From Macrostomum lignano (lineage: Eukaryota): 64,000 bases of DNA. The notes beneath the pieces were generated by a model that made no database searches, had not been told where the DNA came from, and worked only from the letters and a program-made list of their open reading frames with translations. The stretch covers positions 280,554 through 344,553 of the forward strand of contig NIVC01000553.1 in NCBI GenBank assembly GCA_002269645.1, written 5' to 3'. This document shows, one piece after another, positions 36,122-48,683 of this stretch. Within the stretch, counting starts at the first letter, position 1. Each line of letters opens with the position of its first letter. The position numbers and the translations under genes were made by a program.

Positions 36122-36614
36122 AAAGTGAGAGTCAGAGTCGTAAATCAAGATTCAATGAATTTCTCTCTCGCTAATTAATCCCAGAATTCCTCAGGTGTGC
36201 CGGAACAAGCGTGGGCATCAGTTCCGGGATCCAATTCGTCAGTCGGCAGGTGTTTTCAGCTTTTTATTCCTCCCATCAAAGCGGTTAAAAACCTGCCAAC
36301 CAGATGGGATTTTAGCCGGAGACTTGATCGCAGCCCGCAGTTGCTAACCAAGGATGGTCATTGTGGCTGATTGCCGTGGAAAACATCCTGGGACATAGCG
36401 TTGATCCGCATTTAAATAAAACTTGATTTTTTCACCATCGCGTTTTCACTCCGTATTTTATTGAGCCGATTCCATACCGAGTTTCGGAATCTATGAATAC
36501 TACTAATTATAGTAGTGTCAGATGAAGAGAAAATTCTTTTGTGAAAATCTGCTGCAATTTTTAATCGTAGCTGTATAATCTTAAAATTGCTGGTGGTAAG
36601 ATTTAGTGGTAATT

Positions 36615-37410
36615 ATCGGGTGGTAAATATCGGCTGGTAAATATGGGAGGGTAAACATCGGATGGTAAATATCGGTTGGCAAACATTGTGTGGTAAATAT
36701 CGGGTGGTAAGTATTGGGTGGTAAATATCGGGTGGTAAATATCGGGTGGTAAATATCGGGTGGTAAATATCGGGTGGTAAATATCGGTGGTAAATATCGT
36801 GTGGTAAATATCGGGTGGTAAATATCGTGTGGTAAATATCGGGTGGTAAATATCGGTGGTAAATATCGTGTGGTAAATATCGGGTGGTAAATATCGGGTG
36901 GTAAATATCGGTGGTAAATATGGGGTGGTAAATTTCGGGTTGTAAATATCGGCTGGTAAATATCGGCTGGTAAATATCGGCTGTTAAATATCGGCTGGTA
37001 AATATCGGCTGGTAAATATCGGCTGGTAAATATCGGCTGGTAAATATCGGTGGTAAATATGGGGTGGTAAATTTCGGGTTGTAAATATCGGCTGGTAAAT
37101 ATCGGCTGGTAAATACCGGCTGGTAAATATCGGCTGGTAAATATCGGCTGGTAAATATCGGTGGTAAATATGGGGTGGTAAATTTCGGGTTGTAAATATC
37201 GGGTGGTAAATATCGGGTGGTAAATATCGGTGGTAAATATGGGGTGGTAAATTTCGGGTTGTAAATATCGGGTGGTAAATATCGCGTTGTAAATATCGGA
37301 TGGTAAATATCGGGTGGTAAATATCGCGTTGTAAATATCGGATGGTAAATATCGGGTGGTAAATATCGGGTGGTAAATATCGGGTGGTAAATTGGGGGGG
37401 GGTGGTAAAC
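36615..37410. repeat. 13-14-bp minisatellite GGTAAATATCGG(G/C)T
   Basis: Direct inspection. Confidence 0.95.
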
Positions 37411-38819
37411 ATCAGATGCAAAATAAACATTGTCAGCAGACTTCAGGTAGTGGCTTGATTGGGCAAATTTGTTATTCTACACGCAACTTTCGTCGGGAAA
37501 CTTAAATGCTAGTTAATTTAATTATTTAATTAACTCGTTAATTAGTTAGATTAATTAAATTTAAAATAAATTAGCTAGTTATTTAAATTCCACAACTTTC
37601 GTAGAGCTCCAACTTTACTCCCAAAAAAAGCTATACAGTTCAGTCTGTCCGTCTGTGAGTCCACTCCAGACCCCAATCAAATTGAGCCCCAGTTCCCATG
37701 CAATGTTTGTACAGGGGCTTCGTTGGACTATACGCCCATACGTCCACCGAAAAGTATCCGATGCAAGACTTTCTTGGCCGGGTTTTCAGACTCACGGGGG
37801 CTCTCCGAGAAGCATCTCGGTTTCCCACAAAAATGCAGCACAGCAGAGGCTGTATGTGTGTGTGTGTGTGTGTGCAAAGTGTGTATTTTTTGTAACAAAG
37901 ACCGCGTTTTTGGACCGTCGAATGTCTGACGAAAATAGTTAAATTTTTTACTACACAGACCAAAGGGTTTCCTATTCTCGAATGTATAGTGACTGTATAG
38001 AAAAAGAAGAGAGCCATGGGGGGGGCAGGGCAGACGACCGATCTTACCTTACAAACAGGAAATAGGAGGGCGAGAAGAGAGTTATGAGTCACCCGCGCTC
38101 CCAGATCCAGAGAGCGCATGGTCCACAGACACACGCGCAAGCTGACTGAACTGCCTGACGGGGTGGAGGGCGCCCAGGATTACGCAACCTCTGGACCGAC
38201 CCCCTCCCAGTCCTCTAATTATTAATATTATACAACAGGGCCCCCCACCGCCCCCCTTCCAACTTGAAAGGGGTTACTGTACATTCATCAAGCGAACGAG
38301 AAATATAGAGAGCTGGGGAGAGAGAGAGAGAGAGAGAGAGAACCCACACCGATCGATGAAACCCGGCCGACCAACCACGGAAAGGCAGGAGGGGCAGTTT
38401 TGAAATCCTTCACGTAAAAATTTCAACCAGAGAGAGAGGGAGAGAGGCCTTTAGGTTATAAAACCGAGTTATTCTACCTTTGCTCTACCACAAGCTAAGA
38501 GTAGGTTAACTAAAAGAAGCGAGCGTTCTGCATAGGGGGGCAATGATAGTGCCTATTGTCTATGCATAGATAATACTACTGAAGTATTACATCATAAATA
38601 GTAATATCATCACAAACTGACTAATAACCGACTGTCTATCATAACCAGCTTGTAAAACTTTCTTTCATGAGCAGGGCAGACTTTGTGTGACAACTCTGAG
38701 TGGTAAGTGAAGAACCTGCATTTACCGAAAACTACCTGGTATTTAATAAATTTTGTGGTTGATTTTAAAGCTTTGACAGCTATTTTTCATGTCATTGAAT
38801 CAATAGGATTTATGATTGG

Positions 38820-39235
38820 ATCAGTGAATGGTGGATTGCGTGAATAAAATCTGTGATTAAGTGAATGGGATCTGTGATTGAGTGAATGAGATCTGTGAAT
38901 GAGTTAATGGGATCTGTGATTGAGTGAATGAGATCTGTGAATGAGTTAATGGGATCTGTGATTGAGTGAATGAGATCTGTGAATGAGTTAATGGGATCTG
39001 TGATTGAGTGAATTCCGTGAATGGCACTGTGATAAAGTGAATGGGATCTGTGATTTAGAGAATGGGATTTGTGATTAAGTGAATAGGATCTGTGAATGAG
39101 AGAATGGGATCTGTAAATGAGAGAATGGGGATCTGTGAATGAGAGAATGGGATCTGCGAGTGAATAGGATCTGTGAAGTGAGTGAATAGAATCTGTAAAT
39201 GAGAGTATGGGATTTGTGATTAAGTGAATGGGATT
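38820..39235. repeat. ~20-bp repeat GTGAATG(G/A)GATCTGTGA upstream of the innexin ATG (probably a 5'UTR intron)
   Basis: Tandem repeats followed by an acceptor-like CACCTGCAG about 14 nt before the ATG. Confidence 0.85.
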
Positions 39236-39310
39236 TTCGATCTTTAACATGTTCAGTCTATAAAACACTCAACCTGTGCACCCGGACGCACCTGCAGAAA
39301 TCTTCCCAAC

Positions 39311-39623
39311 ATGGTTGGCTCAGAGTTCATCGACTTCGTGACAAAATGGAACATCCCAGCTTACGCCGGTGTTGAGGATTTCTCTGACAAATGGAATTTC
39401 CTATTCACACCGTGCATTCTCGTGCTGTGCACCATGGTGGTGACCGTGAAACAGTACCTGCTCAAGCCCATTGTCTGCTTCACCTCGAATAAAGTGACCG
39501 GCACAAATTATGACAGCTACATGGAGAACTTCTGTTGGGTGGACGGCACCTACCCTGTGCCAGTGGACTCCAAGTCTCACGACGACACGGATTTCTGGAA
39601 GAGGATGGAGAGCCAGAGGCTGC
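39311..39623 (+). CDS. inx: Innexin exon 1 of 4 (517-aa model)
   Basis: EDFSDKWNFLFT (TM1), VKQY...PIVCF, YMENFCWVDGTY; donor C|GTGAGT, phase 1. Confidence 0.93.
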
Positions 39624-39879
39624 GTGAGTTTAAATTTGTTTTAACGATTGAATAAATAACGATTCATTCTCAATAAATGATAATTTCTATACGAATTTTT
39701 ATATTCTTGGGCCTAGAAACTTTGAGTGTAAATTCTACGATAATTCTTTTCTTATATTTATGTACGTACAATGTATTTTCAAAGAACTATTGATTGATAA
39801 TCCATTTCACAATTACCCCTTTTTTGAATATTTGTGACCGATTTCTAATTGATTAATGAAATTAGTGATCGATTTTTAA

Positions 39880-40200
39880 ATTGATATACAAAATATCGAT
39901 ATATCGATTTCTAAATTGATTTAGTGAATATAATCGATTGCTAAATTTATTTAAGTAAATATTATCGATTTATCGATTTTAAATCTGTTTAGTAGATATT
40001 ATCGAAAATTAAACTGATTTAGTAAATACTATCAATTTCTAAATTGATTTAGTAAATATTATCGATTTCTTAATTGATTTATTAAATAAGATCATCGATT
40101 TCTAAATTGATTTAGTAAATATTATCGATTTCTTAATTGATTTTAGTAAATAAGATCATCGATTTCTAAATTGATTTAGTAAATACTATCGATTTCTAAA
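39880..40200. repeat. AT-rich ~30-bp repeat ATCGATTTCTAAATTGATTTAGTAAATATT in innexin intron 1
   Basis: Degenerate tandem units. Confidence 0.8.
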
Positions 40201-40679
40201 CTTACAGTTAAAATTGCTCTCCAACTAACGGTGAATTTGGTTCAGCTGGCAAGTGAATAGATAAATTGCATTCCATGTATAACAAATTACGTAATAAAAA
40301 GGTGAAGTGTATATAGCTAAATAGCAGGAACAGGTGAAATCTTCGAAATGCTAAGCCGTTCTAAGAAAATATTTAACAGTTTTGAGCGCGTAGAGGTCAA
40401 CTGGCTGACCCTGCCAAGCTCACCACTGCTTATAATTAGGTTGAATTTTTACTTTGTACGTGGCATGTAAGGACGTCAAAGGCCAGAGCCTTTTTCAATG
40501 CAACATTCTCAGTCGTTACGTAGTAGTAAAGCTAATTTCTAAATTATTATTAGGGACAGATTTAATACAAAAGAGCATTTCGCCGCCGAAATGTTTGAAA
40601 TCAAGATCAAGTTGCTGCCGCAATCCCCCTAATCTTAACTCCGAAATCTTAGTAGTTGTGTCGCAGATTTTGAAACCCT

Positions 40680-41395
40680 GTTTCTCCAAAAGTCCAAGAT
40701 CCAAGAGTCAAAACCCAGTTTCTCCCAACTCCCAGATCCCCAAACCCAGTTTCTCCCAACTCCCAGATCCCCAAAACAACCAGTTTATCCCAAATCCCAG
40801 ATCTCAAAACAACTAGTTTATCCCAAATCCCAGATCCCAAAACCCGATTTCTCTCAAATTCCAGATCCAAAAACTCGGTTTCTCCCAAATCCCAGATCCC
40901 AAAACCCAGTTTATCCCAAATCCCAGATCTCAATACAACCAGTTTATCCCAAATCCCAGATCTCAAAACAACCGATTTCTCCCAATCCCAGATCCAAAAA
41001 CCCGGTTTCTCCCAAATCCCAGATTCCCAAAACCCGGTTTCTCCCAAGTCCCAGATTCCCAAAACCCGGTTTCTCTCAAGTCCCAGATTCCCAAAACCCG
41101 GTTTCTCCCAAATCCCAGATTCCCAAAACCCGGTTTCTCCCAAGTCCCAGATTCCCAAAACCCGGTTTCTCTCAAGTCCCAGATTCCCAAAACCCGGTTT
41201 CTCCCAAATCGCAGATCCCAAAATCCGGTTTCTCCCAAATTCCAGATCCAAAAACTAAACCCAGATTCCTAAAGTCCCAATCCCAAAAACCACTTTTCCG
41301 AAATCCCAGATCCCCAAATCTCTGTTTGCCTCAGTCTCAACACCCGAGATCCCACAATCCAGTTTCTCCCGGAAATCCCAATGTCCAAAAGCCAG
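40680..41395. repeat. CCCAAATCCCAGAT/AAAACCCGGTTTCT repeat in innexin intron 1
   Basis: Degenerate ~15/30-bp tandem units. Confidence 0.85.
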
Positions 41396-41430
41396 ATTGC
41401 GCACCTTCCACTACCTGAAACAACCCGCAG

Positions 41431-41858
41431 TGTACTACCAGTGGGTGCCGTTCATCCTGGGCCTGCAGACGGTGATGTTCTACCTGCCCCGGCTGGTGTG
41501 GCAGATGGTGATCACCTATCGGTCCGGCACCGACCTGCAGCACCTGGTGAACAGCGCCGCCGAGGCTGCCAAAGCTGATGGCGAAAAGCGAGAAAAAGTG
41601 GTGAAGCACATCGCTGGCAGCCTGGAGCACATGCTGTTCATGCACAGGGAGTACCGCACAGGCAAGCTGCAGAGTCTCAAGATGCGGATATTCAGGGCTG
41701 CCAACCTGCTGGTTGCGAGCAAGCGCCTCGGCACGGGGCTGAGCATCGCGTATTTAGCTGTGAAGCTGCTCTACCTGGCTAATTCAATCGGGCAGATCTA
41801 TTTGATGCAGAGGTTCCTGAGGCTGGGCACCAACTATACTGGCTACTTCGGATTACAG
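41431..41858 (+). CDS. inx: Innexin exon 2
   Basis: Acceptor CCGCAG|TG completes Leu; YYQWVPFILGLQ (innexin signature), YLAVKLLYLANSIGQIYLM; donor CAG|GTGAGC, phase 0. Confidence 0.93.
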
Positions 41859-42039
41859 GTGAGCGGGTATCAGCTGCTGGGATTGCTGAGGCTGTTTATT
41901 AATTGGGTAATGTACTCTACCTGCTCTACTACTCGCACTCCAAACCTACCTCAACAAAAGACCTACACTAAACCACTGCCTACATTAGTGAGAAATTACT
42001 CCGCGCAAAAATAGTCTACTAAAACATCCTCGAAACCTA

Positions 42040-42480
42040 TTCCACCAGAGCCAACTCCACCAAAACCTAATCTACCAAAACCTACTCTACCAAAGCCTAC
42101 TCTACCAAAACCTATTCTACCAAAAGCTACTCTACCAAAGCCTACTCTAAACCAAAACCTACTATGCCAAAACATACACTACCCAAACCTACTGTACCAA
42201 AATCTACACTACCAAAACCTACGCTACCAAAACCTACGAAAACCTACGCTACCAAAATTTACTCTACCAAAACCTACTCTACCAAAACCTACTCTACCAA
42301 AACCTACTCTACCAAAACCTACTCTACCAAAACCTACTCTACCAAAACCTACTCTACCAAAACCTACTCTACCAAAACCTACTCTACCAAAACCTACTCT
42401 ACCAAAACCTACTCTACCAAAACCTACTCTACCAAAACCTACTCTACCAAAACCTACCTTACCAAAACCTACTCTACCAG
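42040..42480. repeat. 15-bp repeat CTACTCTACCAAAAC in innexin intron 2
   Basis: 5-codon periodicity (TKTYS). Confidence 0.93.
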
Positions 42481-42514
42481 ACTCTGACTTTACCAGACGC
42501 AACCTCACTTCCAG

Positions 42515-42911
42515 GTGCTCTCCGACATCGCCGCAGGCAGAGACTGGGAGTACACCATGGTGTTTCCTCGGGTGGCATTCTGCCGTACCAACGTGGCCAT
42601 CTTCGGCGGCGCCCAGACCTACTTGAGCCAGTGCGCCCTGCCAGTCAACATGCTGAACGAGAAGATTTACATATTCCTCTGGTTCTGGTTTGTCATTGGC
42701 AGCGCCATCACGGCTGCCAGCCTCCCAATTTGGCTGTGTCGCATCGTAAATCGTCGGTCGCGAGCTCGATTCGTGCGCCGGTTCCTTCGCCTGATGGACG
42801 ACTACGACAGCGAGAAACGGCTTGTTGGCGAGTTCGTAGTCGAGTTCCTGCGGCACGATGGCACCTTCTTGCTCAAGATGATGCAGCTTAACGCTGGGGA
42901 CATTGTTACCG
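42515..42911 (+). CDS. inx: Innexin exon 3
   Basis: Acceptor TTCCAG|; FPRVAFC, QCALPVNMLNEKIYIFLWFW, FLRHDGTFLLKMMQLNAGDIVT; donor G|GTAGGG, phase 1. Confidence 0.93.
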
Positions 42912-43418
42912 GTAGGGGATCAGGGTGTTACCGGTAGGGGATCAGGGTGTTACCGGTAGGGGATCAGGGTGTTACCGGTAGGGGATCGGGGTGTTACCGG
43001 TAGGGGATCGGGGTGTTACCGGTAGGGGATCGGGGTGTTACCGGTAGGGGATCAGGGTGTTACCGGTAGGGGATCAGGGTGTTACCGGTAGGGGATCAGG
43101 GTGTTACCGGTAGGGGATCAGGGTGTTACCGGTAGGGGATCAGGGTGTTACCGGTAGGGGATCAGGGTGTTACCGGTAGGGGATCGAGTGTTACCGGTAG
43201 GGGATCAGGGTGTTACCGGTAGGGGATCAGGGTGTTACCGGTAGGGGATCGAGTGTTACCGGTAGGGAATCAGGGTGTTACCGGTAGGGGATCAGGGTGT
43301 TACCGGTAGGGGATCGGGGTGTTACCGGTAGGGGATCAGGTGTTACCGGTAGGGAATCAGGGTGTTACCGGTAGGGGATCAGGGTGTTACCGGTAGGGGA
43401 TCAGGGTGTTACCGGTAG
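42905..43418. repeat. 22-bp repeat GTTACCGGTAGGGGATCAGGGT (~24 units) built from the exon 3 donor site
   Basis: The first unit overlaps the exon-intron junction. Confidence 0.95.
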
Positions 43419-43584
43419 TGAGATCAGAGGAACAGCTGCGTTGCGGTTGGGACTTTGGGCAGAGCAAGTCAAAGTGACACTTCGAATTATTATTAGACAG
43501 CTAAAGTAGATATATGGGGAGACACAGTAATCTGAGAATGATATTCAATGGAGCTCAAGTAACCTGGGAGGAAGATAGGGTCGG

Positions 43585-44425
43585 TAGACTGGAAGAGATT
43601 AAAGTAGACAGGAAGAGATTAAAGTAGACAGGAAGAGATTAAAGTAGACAGGAAGAGATTAAAGTAGACAGGAAGAGATTAAAGTAGACAGGAAGAGAAT
43701 AGAGTAGATTGGAATTGGGTAGAGTAGACAGGTAGGGGTAGAGTAGACTGGGAGAGGGTAGAGTAGACTGGAAGAGGGTAGAGTAGACTGGAAGAGAGTA
43801 GAGTAGATTGGAATTGGTTAGAGTAGACAGGTAGGGGGTGGAGTAGACTGGAAGAGGGTAGAATAGACTGGGAGAGGTTAGAGTAGACTGGGAGAGGGTA
43901 GAGTAGACTGAGAGAGGGTAGAGTAGACTGGGAGAGGGTAGAGTAGACTGGAAGAGGGTAGAGTAGACTGGAAGAGGGTAGAGTAGACTGGAAGAGAGTA
44001 GAGTAGATTGGAATTGGTTAGAGTAGACAGGTAGGGGGTGGAGTAGACTGGAAGAGGGTAGAATAGACTGGGAGAGGTTAGAGTTGACTGGGAGAGGGTA
44101 GAGTAGACTGAGAGAGGGTAGAGTAGACTGGGAGAGGGTAGAGTAGACTGGGAGAGGGTAGAGTAGACTGGAAGAGGGTAGAGTAGACTGGAAGAGAGTA
44201 GAGTAGATTGGAATTGGTTAGAGTAGACAGGTAGGGGGTGGAGTAGACTGGAAGAGGGTAGAATAGACTGGGAGAGGTTAGAGTAGACTGGGAGAGGGTA
44301 GAGTAGACTGGGAGAGGGTAGAGTAGACTGGGAGAGGGTAGAGTAGACTGGAAGAGGGTAGAGTAGATTGGAATTGGGTAGAGTAGATTGGAATTGGGTA
44401 GAGTAGACTGGAAGAGGGTGGAGTA
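43585..44425. repeat. 20-bp repeat GAGTAGACTGG(G/A)AGAGGGTA with a 200-bp higher-order period, innexin intron 3
   Basis: Marker GAGTAGATTGGAATTGGTTA at 43801, 44001, 44201. Confidence 0.93.
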
Positions 44426-44553
44426 CTCGTAGACTACCTACCAATCAAGGTGAATACCAATCAATTAACTAGCGAACCAAGCAACCAATCGATCATGCAG
44501 CTTGGTAAATCAATAAATCAATAAATCAATAAATCAATAAATCAACCCACCAG

Positions 44554-44882
44554 GCGACATTGTCCATGAGCTGTTCCGCATGTGGCGCGACAAGCACCAG
44601 GGCCAGGACATGCGAGGCCCAAAAGCCTCTCGCGCCGCCGCCGCTGCCGTCTCGCGCGATCGTCGCGGTGCCGGCTGCGGCGATGACGAGCTGAACTACC
44701 CGGTGAAGATCCAGTTGGAGTCCGGTGGCACGGCGCGTCGTCCCGGCCGCAGCGGTAAGCGCCAAGCGCCGAGCGCGCCGATCTACATGTCGCCGTTGAA
44801 GTGCTCCGGGGACGACGTGGGCAGCGGTATGGAGAAGCCGCTGATGCTGAAGGATCCTGATAGCGGACGGAGCAGCTCGGGT

Positions 44883-44917
<35 letters not shown>

Positions 44918-44969
44918 GCCACTGACTGCCAGCTTTGAGCATCTTCGTGCTTCCGGCCTGCCCGTTTAA
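44554..44969 (+). CDS. inx: Innexin exon 4 (C-terminal tail)
   Basis: Acceptor CCACCAG|GC completes Gly; DIVHELFRMWRDK continues the typical innexin motif; poly-Gln; TAA at 44967-44969. Exon lengths 313+428+397+416 = 1554 nt, in frame. Confidence 0.88.
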
Positions 44970-45084
44970 AAATTGGGGCTGGAAATGTTCTTGTTAAAGT
45001 GACTCGAACTCGAGCAGGTTTGAGCTGGGGGGGGGGGTTCAAATCATGTTGCTATGACTTGAGGCTCGGTTGTCAGATTTTTCT

Positions 45085-45400
45085 AGGGTAGAGACTCTGG
45101 GGTAGAGACTCTGAGGGTAGAGACTCTGGGGTAGAGACTCTCAGGGTAGAGACTCTGAGGGTAGAGACTCTCAGGGTAGAGACTCTGGGGTAGAGACTCT
45201 GAGGGTAGAGACTCTGAGGGTAGAGACTCTGAGGGTAGAGACTCTGAGGGTAGAGACTCTGAGGGTAGAGACTCTGAGGGTAGAGACTCTGAGGGTAGAG
45301 ACTCTGAGGGTAGAGACTCTGAGGGTAGAGACTCTGAGGGTAGAGACTCTGAGGGTAGAGACTCTGAGGATAGACTTCTGGGGTAGAGAATTTGAGAGAA
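45085..45400. repeat. 15-bp repeat GAGGGTAGAGACTCT
   Basis: Direct inspection. Confidence 0.95.
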
Positions 45401-47095
45401 GATATTTTTGGGGTAGAGACGCTGAGGATAGATATTCCTGTGGTAGAGATTCTTGAGGTAGAAATAGTTGGGGTATAAGTGGTTGATGTAGAGTTTCTTC
45501 TGATAGAATTTTCAGGGTAGAGATTCCAACATAGGGCTCGTATTATACCATCTTCTATATGCCGGATAATTAGTATCAGTCAGGGTGTAATTCTGTGCTC
45601 AACTTAACCAGTATTAAAGAATTAAATTAACCTAAAAAACAAGTAGATTGAATTTAACATAATTTCGACATAACGATTATTATATAAACTCATGCTTGAA
45701 TTTGTTAACAGCAGTTGGCTGAAATTTATCGATAAATCAATCAATTTTTATGTGTATTGTTTTCTGACAATATTTTCATGTTATGACTTAAAAATAATGA
45801 ATTTCTGTGTCTGCGCTTGCATAATTTTGCTATCCTAACTTTGAGCGTAGTTCAATATTCGTCCTGCTTCGTTTTAAAGTGCATGACGTATCAATTCTGT
45901 TTTATCAGTTCTGACTTTCACTGATTTCAATAATCTTTGCTGTTGTTTTTTATCAACTTCTAGTAAGCCGGTGATTCTGTCACTAACTTTGTTTAACTGT
46001 TTATCACAATCACTATTTTCCGGTGTGTGTTAATCGGGTCGCTTGAATTTATGTTTCTTGGAAATAGTGTGCATGTCGTGTACTTTGTTTGTGTTTTATT
46101 TGACTTGGTTTTTCCTCCAGGTTTAAAATTATATCTGTACAAAATTGCACTTTAATACCTATTATTTTATCGTCTTGATGGCTATACATAAACTTTGTTT
46201 TAATGACTCATATTTGTACGGAACAGTAAACTAGTTATTAAATATTCGATAGCTGTCTGAATACTGTTCATCTCTTAGTATGAATATATACGATAGGAAT
46301 TTAACTTTCTACATGTTTTATGCTTCCAGGTATGCTTGTAGTATTTTACTACACTTTTACATTCATGATTTAATAAATAAATAATGCAGGCCGACTCCAA
46401 CGCGTATACCTCATCCTGTATCATATACATTTTTAAATATTCACATCTCATCGCGGTTTACCGGCAGGCCGCTTAAAATTCTACGAGTATCACTGAATGC
46501 ATGCTGAAATCTGCGGGTTTTCTATCCGGTATTTGTTATTATAACAAACTGTCTTTTTTGTCCAACTCGTTCTCCAATTAATTTGCGCGCGAAATCGAAC
46601 TTTTATAAAAGTTAAACAAATGCGTCAAGCCTTCATGGCGGTTGTTTACTGCGGCATTCAATAAACTGGCTGATTTGTGCTGTTTTAAATAACACTCAAA
46701 TCTTAAAATGTTTTCTTTGCGCACCTTTTTTCGTTACTAATAATTTTCAAGGCGTACTACTACTCAGAATTTAAAAAGTAGTAAAATGAGGTAAAAAAAA
46801 GAGAAGAAAAAATGTGCGACAACTACTGGCTACAATGACGTTAAACATTGCTGCGGCTGAGAAAGTTGTCAAAAATAAGTCCGTTTTTTTCTCTTTTTGC
46901 TTAGCAACTCGGCAAGCTTTCTAAGTATTTTATTTCGATTCGTTTGAGCTTCGACTTCCGAGCATTTATTGTTCGGTATTTGGACTTTTTGTACACAAAA
47001 ATATCGTTGGACCGGTTTGCGTAGGAAAAAAATAATTTTACAAACTTATATTACCTGTCCGGGTATTTATATAGATAATAAGCGTTGAAAATGTC

Positions 47096-47405
47096 CTAAC
47101 GATATTGCTTGGCCACGTTAACGTGATCACGTGACGTTCGTGGCCAGCCTATTGCTGTTGCCTCTGCAGGCCGCTGCTGTGGCCGGTCCGTCTGCAGTGT
47201 CCGGCCACTTGGCCCGCTGCAACGGACTGTACGGCCGCATGTAGGACGGCAGGGCGCCGCTGGCGTCCGGTGGATTGGCGCGACCGCCTGGCGCGGCCTG
47301 AGGCTGGCCGACGTCTTGAAGCTGGTGCAGCAGGCGGCCCGGGTTGATCGGCTCAGCCCGCCTGCTGCTCCTGGAAGGCGGCGACGGTGGCAGTAGGTGA
47401 TGTAT
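47096..47405 (-). CDS. Orphan low-complexity gene, exon 4 (last)
   Basis: Acceptor CTTAG|A completes a phase-2 codon from exon 3; frame open to TAG at 47096. An alternative frame (IHHLL...PSYMRP, stop 47127) is also open. Confidence 0.5.
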
Positions 47406-47724
47406 CTAAGAGACAGGCTCACACACCTGAGACAGTGGCGCGTACCTAATAGACAGGGGTACATACTTAGAGACACATGGTACACAACCTAAGAAACAGA
47501 GAAAAGTACCCAAGTAGATACCTACATGAAGAGACAGGACGGTCCCCCTGAGAGGCAGGGGTTCCCCATCTGATATTCTGCGAATCTCTAGGGGATTCAA
47601 ATGGAAGAGATGAAAGAGATTCTAAATTCTTGAGACTCTTGAAATTAGTAGGCTAGCTGAGATTCTCGGGCACGTGAAACGAAAAACTTTGAGGCATGAG
47701 ACTCTTGTAAGTGTAGAAAATCTG

Positions 47725-48035
47725 AGGGTAGAGATTCTAGGGGTAGAGATTCTCGGGGTAGAGATTCTAGGGGTAGAGATTCTAGGGGTAGAGATTCTCA
47801 GGTTAGAGATTCTCGGGGTAGAGATTCTTGTGGTAGAGATTCTCGGGTTAGAGATTCTGAGGGTAGAGATTCTCGGGTTAGAGATTCTAGGGGTAGAGAT
47901 TCTAGGGGTAGAGATTCTCAGGGTAGAGATTCTCAGGGTAGAGATTCTCGGGGTAGAGATTTCCGGGGTAGAGATTCTGAGAGTATAGAGATTCTCGGGG
48001 TAGAGATTCTAGGGGTAGAGATTCTAGGGGTAGAG
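47725..48035. repeat. 15-bp repeat GGGGTAGAGATTCT(A/C) in intron 3 of the orphan gene
   Basis: 5-codon periodicity (VEILG). Confidence 0.93.
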
Positions 48036-48106
48036 TCTCTATTGGGGTGGATATCTAAAGAATGAGACTAAAGAACTACTAAGTCAGACAGTTCGCACCA
48101 ACTTAC

Positions 48107-48163
48107 AACACGGGCAGCTTAGTGGGTGCCGGCATTCGTTGAAACTTTGGCTGCTGCTGTTGC

Positions 48164-48217
<54 letters not shown>

Positions 48218-48516
48218 GGTTGCCTACCAAGTCTGCGCTGCTGCTTGTCAAGTTGATTCTTCAACTGCTGCTGACCCTGGTGACCAGCGACTCTGTGCTG
48301 CCTGGCGCAGTCTCCGGCTGGCAGCTTTCCAGCTGATTGCTGCTGCTGTTTCTTCGGCTTTCTTTCCTGATTTGGCTGATTTTGGTGACACGACTGCTGC
48401 TGCTGCTGCTGCTGCTGATGCGACAGCTGACGATTGGCGACCGTCGTTACAGTGCCAAGCCTTCCAACACCTTTCATCAGGCGAGACTTGTCCACGCAGC
48501 TCTGAGAAGACTTCGA
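48107..48516 (-). CDS. Orphan gene exon 3 (poly-Gln)
   Basis: Acceptor TTTGTACAG|TCG (phase 0), donor TT|GTAAGT (phase 2); the Gln-rich frame is the only one open throughout. Confidence 0.65.
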
Positions 48517-48683
48517 CTGTACAAAAGTTTTTTTTGGGTAACGGGCTTTGATAGGTTGAACGAGTAATTGCAATTACTGCTGATACATATAGGACTTTGT
48601 AATGCATCTGTTTTATTGGATCTACGAGTACATGTAGGGCTTCATCCTCAATCCTGAATCCTTATACCCCATGCTTAACTATC

